The position numbers were made by a program, and so were the translations under genes. From the NCBI RefSeq assembly GCF_002105155.1, contig NW_019029005.1, positions 62,001 to 126,000 on the forward strand: 64,000 nt of DNA, in the 5' to 3' direction. Below, in pieces: positions 37,701 to 51,055 of the stretch. Numbering within the stretch: position 1 is the first letter of the stretch; each line of letters starts with the position of its first letter. The stretch comes from Lobosporangium transversale. Its lineage: Eukaryota. The notes below the pieces were generated by a model. The model was not told the origin of the DNA. It saw only the letters and a list, made by a program, of their open reading frames with translations, and did not search any database.

Positions 37701-40283
37701 CTCTTTTATCGCATGCGTACTTTTTCCTATTTCCGGATAGACGGAAAGGGGGCGAACGGGCTCTAACACCCAGAAAGAGGTGCCAAGAAAGGAGAATTGG
37801 CGCCCCAAACTGTATTGCAGACACACGCAACGAAATGACCATCTAAAAGCCCATTATCCTCTGACTTTTAGGTAATCTTTATTCTCAATTAAATCCATCC
37901 CGGTGGTCTTGACTATCTTCTCTTTGGCTTCTCTAAACCTTATTTTGTTCGTTTCACTGCTTTACGCATTAATCCGTATCAAGACGTTTTTCCATAGGAA
38001 ACGGACACTTGAAATTTCATTCATGAAGATCTCGGTTCCTGAGTCGCTATTTTCGTACCTCCTCGCGTGTTCTATAGCCACATTTGAAGGCCAACGCATA
38101 CATGAACTCATACATACACTCTCCTCGCGAGTAATTTTGCTGAATATTAGGAAATAAAAAAAAAATAAAATAAAAAAAAACTATCGTAAACACTTTGAAC
38201 AGCCCGTCGACCCCTTTTGTCTTATTTTATCTTATTTTCTAAAGGACGTGTTGATGTTAACCCTTGGACAAAAAAAGAGAAAAAAAATAAAAAAGCAGTA
38301 TAATGATGTACATGTCCCCTTCAAACACACAGAATACTTAAGCTTAGCAGCGGAGAATTTCCATTAAGATAAATATATTTATATATATACTATTATACAT
38401 AAATATAATAAATGTGTGTATTGCCTCTCCCTCTTTTTTTTTTTTTTATCCCTTTCGACCTTGCAGGTTAACATAACCTTAATTATCGATCGAGGGTGCA
38501 TGTCATTTGTCGCGGTATTTAAACACGCACATTTTTCCTTCCCTATTTTCCATTGCATCCTTGAATATTTTAAACAACCACACAGGGGGAGCTCAAGCAT
38601 TAACTGATTATGTTGGAAGAAAAGTTTGCATGGTCGAAGGGAGAGAGGGTCTGCCCTATTTTTTTTTTTCTGTTTTCCCTACTTCCGAATACTATTGGAT
38701 TATCAAGAGCAACTGGAATCGGTGAGTTGGAACATCTCCCTATTTATCTTCCTGAGAAATACAATACTATGCTACCGAGTCATGGTTGCACACTGCTAAT
38801 TATAATAATGGAGTGAGCATGAACGTAGACTTGCTTACCAGAGGAAATACCATTCTTTTTTTTTTTTTTTTTTTTTTAAAAAATTTGTGGATATTTGTCT
38901 CTATTCGATTTGCATGATGAAACATCGGTTGTTGATATTCGAGCTGACTATGTGCATTGTTTTAGCACACTTCTGTGTATGGTCTTGATTCTAGAGTGGT
39001 GCTCCAAAGAAAAGAAGAGATGGTGGCCGTCGACGTCTAAAGGCTGTCCTTGATTTATAAAGTAAGCTAGTCTACATTGAGTAAAATGCAAGAAATTTCA
39101 GGAGCAATAACAGCCTCCCTCTCTCACTGAAAGATATTCTACCACATTTACAAAGCTCCGTATGTCCATGTCAACAACGTATGGGTTTTGCTACATCGCT
39201 AGTCATGTCGTACAATGCCAAAAACAAAACAAAACAAAACAAAAAAAGTCAAAGCGCAACAACGACAACTATGGCAAGGTGTCATGCATCTGGCTCTGGC
39301 AAATCCGATCGCACGAAATCAATGGTCACGCGCACCGCATCAATTGTTCTGTTTCCTCACAAGAGTCTCAAGAGCTCAAGAGGCTGTGTGAATACTCAAC
39401 TTCATGCAAATGTCGCGTAACGATTTAGTACGGCTGTGTCTCTTTATTAGTATAGACCATGATCACGCCATTCGTTGCCTTCAATACCTACAGAGACTCT
39501 CTCTTTCTTTCTCTCAAAGAAACTAATAACAATACCAAAAAAAAAAAGGCATACAGGCATCAGAATAAAGGTGAGAGCACTTTAGTAATTATTTTTATCT
39601 GACCTAAGTCAACATAGAGGGATCAAATGCCTAGAAATGAGGTGATGGATGAGAGCATGATGAATGTGCGCTTTATATTCATATACTATCATATACTATA
39701 CTCATTAACGAAAATACGTAAATATTATACTATCACTAACAAGAGCCATCACATTGTCTTGTCCTAATGGAGCACAGTGTTCATTTTTGGTTCTAGTCCC
39801 TCAATCCTTTCTTGGCTTATTATGACAACTCTTTTTTTTGGAGAAAGTTAGAATGCATCAAACTCATAGTCCCTCAAGACAAAAAAAAAAAATAGAGAAA
39901 AAGACTTATAGGACGATAAAGGATTGGCAAGGAACTCAATGGAAAATACGAAAGTAAACAGAAAAAAAGACTTGAATGAGCGCGGGAAGAGCACGAGCAT
40001 TTTGACAAGAGGGAGGAAGCAAGAGCCAATCCTTGGGAAATGAAATGGTCATTTGCCCAAGGGTACAAAAAATGAGACGAATGTCCACTTCTTTCTCTTT
40101 TCTTCTTTTCTCTTTCTCACCTTTACACGCACTCATACCTTTCTATCAACTTCACCTTCACGCACATTCCTATATACTCTATCTTTCCACAAGCTTTATT
40201 CATAACGGCAATCATTTAACACCAAAAAAAAAAAAGTATACATTTAATAAAAAAACATAAAAAGTCGTACAAAGAAAAAAGCA

Positions 40284-41657
40284 ATGTCTGAACCAAGTAG
40301 CCATAAACCGACCCCCTTTGCCCAGTTCTGCTTCTTCAAGAGTCTGTCTTACTCACTCTTTGAGGATGATTGGATCAACATGGTCGAATCTTGGCAAGCC
40401 ATGGTTCTGTCAACGCACCCATTCCCGAGTTCTCACAAAACATGACTCCGTTCTTTGCCAATGCGCCACGTCTGCTTCCTGTCTTCCATCGCTATATGAC
40501 CTACGCTGAACAGGTATAGTATTCATAAGCCATTCTGTATCTGCTTTCAGTTCACCTAATTTCCCTCGTATCCTGAGCTATGTCCTCTCCCCGTATCAGG
40601 TGTTTTTCGACAAGCTCGATAAACGAATATTTTGTCCAGACGCCACCTTGCATGTTCTGTTCACCCCCAATTTTTTTTTTAGTCCTCGTGACCTTTAAAA
40701 TAGAATGTGTGCTTTTCCATAATTGGAATGAAACTAAAGCTGTAATACACGAACTAATGTTTGATTCATGCAAACGCTATTACACTTTTAATCTTCAGGA
40801 TCCAGAGTTCCTTTCCATGTTGACGAATGTTCTCATGTCAACCCCTCTTTTAATCAAGGTCCAGCATATTCTTCAGTCTACGGAGCTCTTTCTGGCTTAC
40901 GTCGTGGCCCTCAAGCTCGATGTCCCATCGGCCTCACACACCCAGGTCATGCAGTCTCTTCAGACTTTCTTGTCATCTCTCCCCGAAGATAAACGCTTGG
41001 AGATCCAGAAGGTCTTCGCTGAGGAGGAGGCGTCCGACTCCATGGGTATGTCCTTGACCCCTATACAATCTCGTGTTTTCTACGGCCCTCTTATTTTTAT
41101 TGGAAATGTACAAACAATTAATTTTTTTTATTTTTTTTTTTTTATTTTTTTTGCATTATTTCTTTCCATGTTGCAGGCTTTACACCAAATACATTGGATA
41201 CTGCTTTGCAGCTGCTTCACGCAGATACTCAGCTCTACATCGATATTCTGTCGACTCTACAGCTGAACCAGACCGAGAACATGCCATGGGATGAGGTGTG
41301 TGAGCAAGATCAAAGGTCTTGTTTTGGCAAAGAAGCCACATGCTTGGGAAGGCATCGACCAATTCCTTCAGAGCTTGCATTGGGCACCCTCCTTCCCCTA
41401 GTGCTGAGGATATGGAAGCAGACAATGATGATGATGATGATCATATCATTGAGATGGTTGAAGGGGTCGACTACTACTCGGATGAAGATGAAGATCAAGA
41501 GTTGGGATCGTTCCTTGAGAGCGAAGAATACAACAAGTATTTTGCGGCGTTCTTGCAGGATGTTCAAGATATCCAGACGGGTCGCGATGAGCTTGTTGAT
41601 GATTTCGGCAAGATAGCCGTCACCGCTGACAACCGCCAGGCAGTCGAGTCTTGTTAA
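40284..41657 (+). CDS. Hypothetical helical protein with three PAH/HHD-like repeats and an acidic tail
   Basis: ATG 40284; introns about 40514-40797 and 41046-41176; amphipathic segments as described in the findings; stop at 41657. Confidence 0.65.
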
Positions 41658-44593
41658 AAGTTCAGATTTACTTCCGGTCCTAATCATCGAGACCACTGTT
41701 TACCATGCTCTGAATTCGTCTGTTCGACTTTCTCAGCAAACTCGGTAAAAAAAAAAAAAAAAAAAAAAAAATGGAATTATTATCAGAATCAACGCTTTCA
41801 ATACCAAACAACTTACCACGGGATTAGTCAGTAACATGGACTGTAGTAGAGGATAAAAAAAAGAGCTACTTGCTCAATGGGAAACAGAAAAAAAAAAAGA
41901 AAAGACCAGCCTTCAATTCAATTATTCAAGTGAGAAAAAAAAAAGGGAACCATAATCAATAACCGCGACTCCAAGGACTTTTTAAAACCAATCAGAAGAA
42001 AAAACAAAAAAAACCAACAAAAAATCTCCTCGAGAATGTGACGTCTAGATGAGAAGAAGGAGCATATGGATCCCCATCAGCCTTCATCAATCTCATTTTT
42101 CATCCACCCAAAAAAATTATACCCTCCATCAATTCAATCCTTTGCAATTTCTTTTTTTTTTTCTTTTTCCCTTCTTTTCTGTAACCTTTTTTTCCGTTTT
42201 TGGTTTTGTATTTTAGTCGCGCTTTGTTCCTTGTAGAAAAAAAAATATGTATTCATTTGTCGCGTTGTTTTTTTTGTCTGTAACTGTTTTAGTTGTCCCT
42301 TTTTTTTTTTTATTGTATTGTTGGTTAACACCTTGTTTCCATTGTAACAGCATGCTCTTAATAAAACTACAAAAAAAATTGTAAAAGTGATTAAAAAAAT
42401 ATAGTTCATTATTGTTTATCAAGTGCACTTGTATGGCGGTAGGTATCTATTCAATAGTACATGGACGCCGCTTGAGACTGCCTATCAATACATGTGTTTA
42501 ATGGTGTTTAAAATCCAGGCGACCTGTCCTTTTTTTTAGGGGCGAATGGGTACGTGTACATGTATAAAGCCTATATTATTATACTTTATTTCACTTCATT
42601 TTGTTTTCTTTTATATATATATGAATATTCCCTCATGGGGAGCCAGGTGAATAAGCATGCAAGCATGCAAATAATGTTGGCGATGCTTATTTTTAATATG
42701 TTTATACAAAGGCGAAGGCGAAGGCGAAAGGCGCACCTAAATTTGGAAAAGTGAAAGCAAAAAGGGCTCACTCTGGGGGCTGTGTCACCATGGAAAAAAG
42801 ATAAAGAGTGGGACAAAGCTCCCTTTCTAAAAACCAAGTTCCCAATGGTTAGGATTAGGATCAGAATGGATTGGTTTGGATTGGGTGGTGTGTTGGACTG
42901 AACCATACAACAATTGACCGGGACTGATAGAATCGAGCTGGGCTGAGAAAAAAAAAGCTCTGAGTTTTGGAAAGGGGAGAGGAAGGTTAAAACAGCTTTT
43001 GCACTGGATTGGACGGCAAGAGACTTTCCTTAAAACCCACTTGTAAAGATGCTGTCCCTCCATCTGAGGTTCTAGAGCATCATGATGCCTTTTGAATATA
43101 TATACAGCCAGTCCAAATGTTACGACTCCGACTAATTTAACCAATGCATAAACTGTATAAATATTTATATAAATATTTATATACACCCGGTACATGTATA
43201 CTTCAGATACTGTTCTTTGATGAGCGTTTTATTTTTGACCCAATCAAGAACAAAAAAACGATATGAAGCAGCGTGACCAGAGTGCTGGAACTTAATCGAC
43301 CCAAAAACTAACTTTGTAGAATGAACAGCATTTGAGCAGTCGCTGAATAATTGCATAAGGAGGGGGGACCTTTTTTTTTTTTTTTACTTGCAACATGAAT
43401 ATTTTTTTACAGGAATAAAAAAGGCATTTGTAGATCTTGCCGAATAGTGATGTGAGTAAAATACCTCATTGCTTTAATTGAATGCAGAACTGATATGCAT
43501 GATCACACTAAAGAATGAGAGAGAAAGGAAAGGGTCATTAAAGCCTCCCTCTTGTTGATGGCAAAAGGGCGAATGAACCCTCTCACTTGTTGTTTACCCT
43601 AATCACAGATGTCCATTGTCCATGGCCCAACCACAATAATACAAAAAAAAAAAAAATTATTAACCCGAAACGGGCTTTGGATGTATTGAATACAGCTCAA
43701 AGTCCCAAATGTGTGTTTTGGTCACAGTGCCTTCGTCCGCGACTGGAACATGTTTCATCATACGTACAAAAAAAAATAAAAGAGCTTTGTCTACTTTAAG
43801 TGTCGATTCTCGGAACGATGACGAAGGAGAGCGGGAGCTCTACAAGTTAATCAAGTGATGGGCAATAATGATATAACAAATTCATACTAATAGAAAAGTT
43901 AGTGTATTTGATATACCATAAACTGTGACCCTCACTTGTTTAAAATTATATTACACAGGGCTCCTGACCTGGCTTTGTAAAACAACTCGCTTCAAACAGT
44001 AATCGCCTTACGGCTCTATGGTGCCTGATCTCATTGAAATCGGGAAAGCAGTTGGAAAAATGAATATGAAGTTGTAGTGTAAACAAAAAAAATAAAAAAA
44101 ACGCCTAAACGCCTGTATTAAACAGCTGTTAATCCTCAGAACATAATGATGCATATTTACGGTTTGTATCCCCTGGTAGAATAATGCTGAGTGATTAGAC
44201 AATATATAATATAATGAAAAGTAAAAAGAAGCGTAATGATACCTTGACGATAACTGCTTTGATCTGCATCAATTAGTAATCCATAAATTTTTGGATCAAC
44301 GGGTAGCAAAAGTAAGGCAGGAAAGGGACAGTAATAGCTGTAAATCTTTGTGATCATCCAATTGGTAATACGTCTTCGCTACAAGTGATCATTTATAAGG
44401 TTATGATATCCAAACGTGGCCATGAAGGTGTCTGTTTTCTAGGTTAGATTATCCAAAATATGGACACCCTTTGGTTGTAGAAAACATTAATAAAAATCAG
44501 TAAAAATGCCCTAAAGTTTAGATTAGACAATAGATCATCTTTAAAGTCAAAAAAAAAAAAAAAAAAAAAAAGAAAAGAAAAACGAGGCAGTAG

Positions 44594-44657
44594 AGAAGAA
44601 GGAAGCAGCAGCAGGGAAGAAGGAAGCAGCAGCAGGGAAGAAGGAAGCAACAGCAGG
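44594..44657 (+). repeat. 21-bp minisatellite x3 (GAAGAAGGAAGCAGCAGCAGG)
   Basis: Three near-identical tandem copies in intergenic DNA. Confidence 0.85.
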
Positions 44658-45086
44658 ATAAAGTGCTAATATTAGTCCTGTAAGGACTAACCACTCTATG
44701 CCATTCCCTCTATGTATTTCTCGAGGTTCCTTATTCCGAACCAAATTACGAATAGCAAATAGCATCAAGGAGCCAGACAACAGTTCCTTCCCTCTTTTTG
44801 AAAAGAGGACGAAGCCCTTTGACCCCTGATCCAGGACCGTACCCTTTGAATTTTTGATCTGTTCATTATATTAACACAACCCTGGAACTAAGAATAACTC
44901 TCCCTCCCCTTTCAACCCTCCTCTCGAACAAATCCTGTTTTCACAAGCATGATCTAGCAGGGACTATGCATGATAAGAACAAAAGGAAGGCAGATATATA
45001 AAAGATCTGCGACAGGAATCATGAGCCAAGATAAAACAATGAATGAACTATTCTTTTTATTTTCTATTTTTATTATTTTAATCAAT

Positions 45087-45124
<38 letters not shown>

Positions 45125-46216
45125 TTCAAAGACGTTATTGGTTACGAAGTCGTCGCAGATTTCTTGAAGATCATCTCAACATATCGATATCTTACCCTTA
45201 CTCCCAAATTCCTTTCATTTTTTTGGTTCTTTGGTTACTGCATTTCCACCGCTTCATATCGGAGCCAAGTTAGTCCGAGGTTAGGCATTGCAGGAGAGGG
45301 ATTTATCTTGGAAATGAAAGAGTAATCAATTCAAGCTAGCAGATGTTTATTAGTTGTGAAAAAAAAGAACATTTATATTATATACATGTTCATATGGGGC
45401 CAGTACCAAGGAAGACAAGGTTTTGCCTGTGTCTGCAGATGAATCCTTGTTTCCAAAGTAAAAAATAGTTTGCTCCGCATATTTTATTTTATTTGGTATT
45501 TTCCACGGTGAAGTTGACATCTTTCATTCATTGGAGGTGGAGGGCGAGGAAAAAAAACAAGAAAAATAGTGAGTACATTCAATTTCAACACCTAATGGGC
45601 AACAGCAATAACAATAAAAAAAAAAAAGACTATTTTGTAAACAAATAAACAACTTGGCTTGAAGCTTGTAAACGTAACTTGCATTGAAATGAGAGATATG
45701 AGACAGACGAGGAACATGACTGGATGTTGTTCTCACACCCTCTGCCTCCATTATAAAAATATATTTAAATCATTCAATTACAAATCTCTCTTCTCTTTCT
45801 TTTCTTTTTTTATTTTGGATTCATCACTCACACCCCACTTTTCATTGGATCCATCCCATCATTGTGGCTGGACACTTTTGTTTCTTTCTTTCTTTCTTTT
45901 TTACGCTTCAACTCGTGGAACAATTCATCCAACGAATGATCCTCAACTGATCAATTCTCTTCTTCTTCCACCCATAGACATTCGCTCTCCTCTCTTTCAC
46001 TATATTTTATCACACGCATAACAGCAGATCCATTCCGACATCAGCCTCATTGTCTTCTTGTCCATTAGACACTTACACATACCCTTCATTCCTCTCTTTC
46101 ATTTCTCTCCTTCACTCCCTCACTTTTCTCTCTTCCATTCCCTCTCATTCACTCCTCACTCTCTACTCATACTTCATAAATATTTTCCTTCTTTCTTGCC
46201 CAGTAAACGTTGACGT

Positions 46217-46408
46217 ATGAATCCGTACCTCTCGGCCACTGTGGCTCCGCAGCCTCACCCTTTCCCTTCCACTGGTCCACATGACCCGCAAATGGTACCA
46301 TCTCCTCCATCGATGTACCAACAGCACCAGACTGTTCCTTCTCAACTTTCTTTACAACATCAACATCAACAGCAACAGCAACAGCAACATCAACATCAAC
46401 ATCAACAA

Positions 46409-46449
<41 letters not shown>

Positions 46450-49400
46450 GCAGCAGCAGCAACAACAACTAACCACCACTATGAGTGCTGCAAACACAAT
46501 TCTGTTCCATGACAACAGTAGCAATATCAACAACTGCCATCTCACAACAGCATTCTACTCAACCGCAGACTTATAGCACTTATTCTTCAAAACAAAACTG
46601 GATATCCTTACAGGTCCCAATGCCATCGATAACCCCATGGCTCTTCAAATTAGTCCTGATGGTACATTCGTAGCTCCTCGCTGGGGAGCATATGATCTCA
46701 GCAACCTGCCTCCTGTCCAGATTGCTCCCAGAGCAAAAAATATCAATGTCGTACCTCGCACACCAGTCGACTATACTGTTCAACCACATCCGTCCATGAT
46801 GCTTCAGCGCCAACATCCACTACAAACTCAGCAACAACATCAACAGCATCATTTTCAACAGCATCAACAAGAAATGCATTTGAGCACTCAGGATTCTGTA
46901 CTACATCCAACAACAACAACAACAACAGCAGCAGCAGCAGCAACAACAGATGGCGACTAATAATCAATATGTATTTAGCACTCCACCAGTAGCATCATTA
47001 TCTCCATCCGACATTGCAATGGTATCTCCACAGCAGCCACAGCTGTCTACCTCTCCTAGATATCTCAAGACAAGCTGTTCGCCCGAGATGTCAATCAAGA
47101 CTTCTTCCTGTCGAGCAACAGCTCTCATGGGGTGGGTCTACGTTCTCTTATTTATTTTATTCTATTTTCATCCTCCCATTCCTCTTCTCACTTTCATCCC
47201 TCATCGGTGTATGATCACCCTGTCAGACACAGCACTCTTTTTAGTTTTTTTATGGGGGCTGAAGAAAAGGACATATCGTGCTCTCGTGCCGATTATCCTT
47301 CATCATCCCTCATCTTATTTAATCTTTGTCAGACTACGGTGACGCCCATGATCGTCCCTCTCCCTTGAAATGATCCCTTTACACAATTCAATCCCTATCA
47401 TCTTTTTATGCACTGCTTTTGAAGACAGAAATTTTAACAGAGCTTGTTTACTTGCCTCCGTTTTTTTTTTACGCTCACTCAACATCTAGCCTCCTGGGAA
47501 GAGGCCATTGCTCAACAAGACGACTCATATGCTACCCCGGCCCACACTCACACAAGCTTCGACGAAGCCTCACTGGTAAAGAAAAAAAAAAAATTGAAGG
47601 CTGTAGTTAGAGTGCAGTAATGTGCTCATGGTGTCTCCAACCCTAACACGCCTTATTTCATGCATATTTGTCTATTAAATTCTAATTAGGAGGAAGCCGA
47701 GTCCATGAGTACAAAACCCTTGAAGGTCTTCACCTCATCTAAAAAGGACGATGATGGCGAGTTCCGCAAGGGTCAACAGTTCTACCTCAATATCCAGCTC
47801 AACCCAGAAGACCGGGATAAGTATCACTTCCTCCGAATCCCGACAGAGAACATTGTCCCCCTTGTAGAACAGACTCCACGGGACGCATTGGACTTAACGC
47901 TACAGGAAAGAGAAGCGCACAAACCATGTCGACACCCACCAGCGCTCAGGAGGAAGATGTCTTGTCCTTGAAATTAACCACTTACTTGGAACCCGAGCAT
48001 CGTGTTGTGGTGCCATGTGGTCGTTGTAAAGACAAGCACCAGAAATCCTTCGTTTCCACCCTGGTGTGAATGGAAACCTATGATTGACGAGAACGGCATG
48101 GTTGCGCTCCGTGACGGCCATGTCAAACTGATTGCCTCCGCTTGGTGCGCTAGCACATCTCATCACCGTGGTCCCGGCACCAAATTTAGCTTCCAGGTTG
48201 AGTTGACTGGCATGACCCGTCACCAGTCGGAGCCTTTACTGATTTATGAAGGCAGTAGTGACGAAGTTGAAATCTATGCAAGCCATGGTCGCGATAAAGG
48301 GGCTCGCATCGCCATCAAGAACCTTGAAAAGGCTTCGTAAGTTTTGTTTTTTATTATCTGCAAAATGATGGGTCATGTTTTACTTTCAGTGACATATTCA
48401 TTTGAAAATCTAAATTGAACATAATTTTTTTTTTTTTTTTTTTTTTTTTTCTCGATGGTTTCACCAAAACAAGCAGGAAAGCACAGTCACCAGCATTCCA
48501 TGAGCGTGGTCATACTGGCCCACCTTCTCCAGCAAAGACAACAGCTTCGAGTCCTCCGAGCTCGCCCTCAACATCAATGGCTCAATATGAGTCTGGTCCT
48601 GCAAAGAAGAGGCGAGAAGACCCTCCATTGACTCCACCCATGATCGACTCGGATATGCCTCCGACTATCAAAAGTTTGGAGCCAAGGAAAGGCCCCATCT
48701 GTCGGGAGAATCATGTCATCATTATTGGTTCCAACTTTTCACGAGGCATGACACCTATGTTTGGACGAGAATACGGCACAGTTGTCGACATCAACCCTTA
48801 CTATATCGAGTGCACAACCCCAAGATACCCCAATCCTGAGACTGTCCGCATTTGGATCTTCCACAACGAAACATACATTCCGACTGACAAGACATTTGAG
48901 TTCACGGATGAGCAAGCGCAAAGCGATATGGAACAGTTGTTAAGAAACCTGATTCAGGACGGCGAGAGTGGCGATGCTGGCTCGTATCTGTCCCTTTTGG
49001 AACGCATCGCTGGTCTTCCACCATCAGCAGACATCTCTGGTCAAACACAATCTAATGGTTCAACTATGTTGCACAACAGTGTCATTCTTGGCTACCAAGT
49101 GGGTGTCAATCTACTGATTGAAGAGGGTATTGAACTAGACATTGAAGATGATTCTGGCTTGACAGGTAATTTAGACTTTTTTTTATTTTATTTTATTATA
49201 TTTTTCTTGTGTGGACTCATATATCTTTTATACTTCACGAATTTTCACATTAACATGTTTAAACTTTTATTTTTTCTAGCCTTGGATTATGCTATTTTCA
49301 CCAACAAAGTGGAGATTACACGGATGTTACTTGAAGCTGGTTCAATGCTTTCTATGGAAAGACTTGAAAACTTGTCTCTCTCGCCTTCTGAGGAAATGTC

Positions 49401-50819
49401 AACACTGCTAAGAGATCTCTGCAACGTCAGCCTTCCTGAGCGCACTACTCTATTGGGGCCAGAGCTACCACAAGCAGTGACACCTATCGAGACTTATGAT
49501 GAAGCATCCGTGGGAGGTATGATCGAGGACACAATTTTGGAGGAGACCAGGGCAGAGTCGAATCAGAACTATCATCCTCAACTCCAGTCTTCTCATCCTC
49601 ATCTGCTCAAAGAATGACCCGCCCTCTATCTATTGCAACAGTCTCGACACAGTCTACTGGCATGATGTCCCTTGCACCCACCATGTCCACCATGGCTCTT
49701 TCTACAACCTCATCAACACAATCACGCCCTTCCATTCCTCTCATGGGCAGTCGTGCTGCTAACCAGAGCTCCAAGGGTGGGTTAGAGAATATCTGGCAAT
49801 GCGCCAAAAAGGGTAATCTGGATCTAGTTCGCTGTCACTTGGAGAAGGAGCCTGGCTTGATTAACATGCCATGGAAATTTGATGGTCGATCTGTACTAAG
49901 CAGTGCTTGTGCTTCCAGTCAACCTCTCGAGCTTGTCGAGTTCTTGGTCCAGCATGGTGCGCAAGTAAACAGCGCAGACAGTTTCTATAAGCGAACAGCA
50001 CTTCATACTTTGTGTGAGGAGGGTGGTCTTTCCCAAGATGACTGGCGCATTGTGGTCTCGCAAGCAGATCAAGATGCAAATGAGCATGATGTCTTGGCGG
50101 CCATGCGCTTCCTCTTGGACCATGGAGCTGTGGTTGATGCCAAGAACCATTGGAAGGAAACAGCGCTGATGCGTTTGTTTTCAGGACGGGATTGCCCGTT
50201 GATGGTACAGGAGCTCTACAGTCGAGGTGCGGACTCGAGACTTAAAAGTTCCAAGGACGCGTATCCACATGGCACAGCATTATGTTATGCTGCATTCTAT
50301 GGTCGTATCAAGTCACTCAAGTGGATGCTGGAGAATGACTTGTTGCTGAACGACGAGACCAATGTGAAAGATGCACTTCGATGGGCTAAACTGAGCAAAG
50401 GCGAATCCTCGCTAGTCAGCTCTCAGGGAGGAGGAATGCACAGTGCTAGCATGGTCAAGAGAAAAGAGGAACGCAAGGCTGAAGCCATCCGTTTGCTGGA
50501 GTCTTGGTTGGGTGAGAATGGTGCCTCGCGGCGTAAGGACTTGGCGAAGGAGATCAGTGCCCAATCAAGTGAAGACTGGTGGCGTCGCATGAGTGGAATC
50601 GTGGAAGATGTTCAGAATAAGAAGTTGATTGAGATGGATGCCTCTGAATCTACACCAACTGCCGCCACTGCTCTTGCTAGTCCAAAGATGCCCTCAGAGA
50701 TGCTTCCTCTGTGGAGAGAGGTTCAGGGTCTCTGTGAGAACCTGTCGCAGAGTGTCGACATGGCTTCCAGCCCTGGTAGCCGTTTGAAATGGAACCCATT
50801 GACGATCTTGCGCAAGTAA
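46217..50819 (+). CDS. Spt23/Mga2-like transcription factor: polyQ N-terminus, putative DNA-binding domain, IPT/TIG and ankyrin repeats
   Basis: PolyQ tract; EFRKGQQFYLNIQL...LRIP...WCASTSHH...FSFQVEL...VEIYASH (resembles the Spt23/Mga2 DBD); NLS-like PAKKRR; IPT PTIKSLEPRKGP...VIIIGSNF...PMFG...ECTTP...FEF; ankyrin repeats (G..MLH, DDSGLTALDYA, RSVLSSAC, RTALH, ETAL, TALCYAA). ORFs 48415 and 49614 join through a probable 1-bp error near 49560. Confidence 0.75.
46355..46470 (+). repeat. CAG/CAA coding repeat (polyQ/H)
   Basis: Directly visible. Confidence 0.9.
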
Positions 50820-51015
50820 AAGCAAGGTTCCAGCGCATACACAAATGTGTATGATTGTGATACCCCCTTTTTCTCTATCCTCTCATTGTTATTTCTAGCT
50901 CGCACCTCTTATTTCCTCACATCAATCTTTTTCTTTCTCTTTTGTCTCAATATGTATTTTATTTTTTAAATTAATTCAGTCAGTATTAAATATCACAATA
51001 AATTTCGAAATACTC

Positions 51016-51055
<40 letters not shown>

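Noticed and set aside
44594..44657. Direct repeats as a CRISPR-like array
   Set aside because: Head-to-tail repeats without spacers in a eukaryotic context; a simple minisatellite.
49560..49617. Programmed frameshift or stop-start coupling (ATGA overlap) in the TF gene
   Set aside because: The alternative frame is open and plausible upstream of the ATG, and the window has many 1-bp errors.
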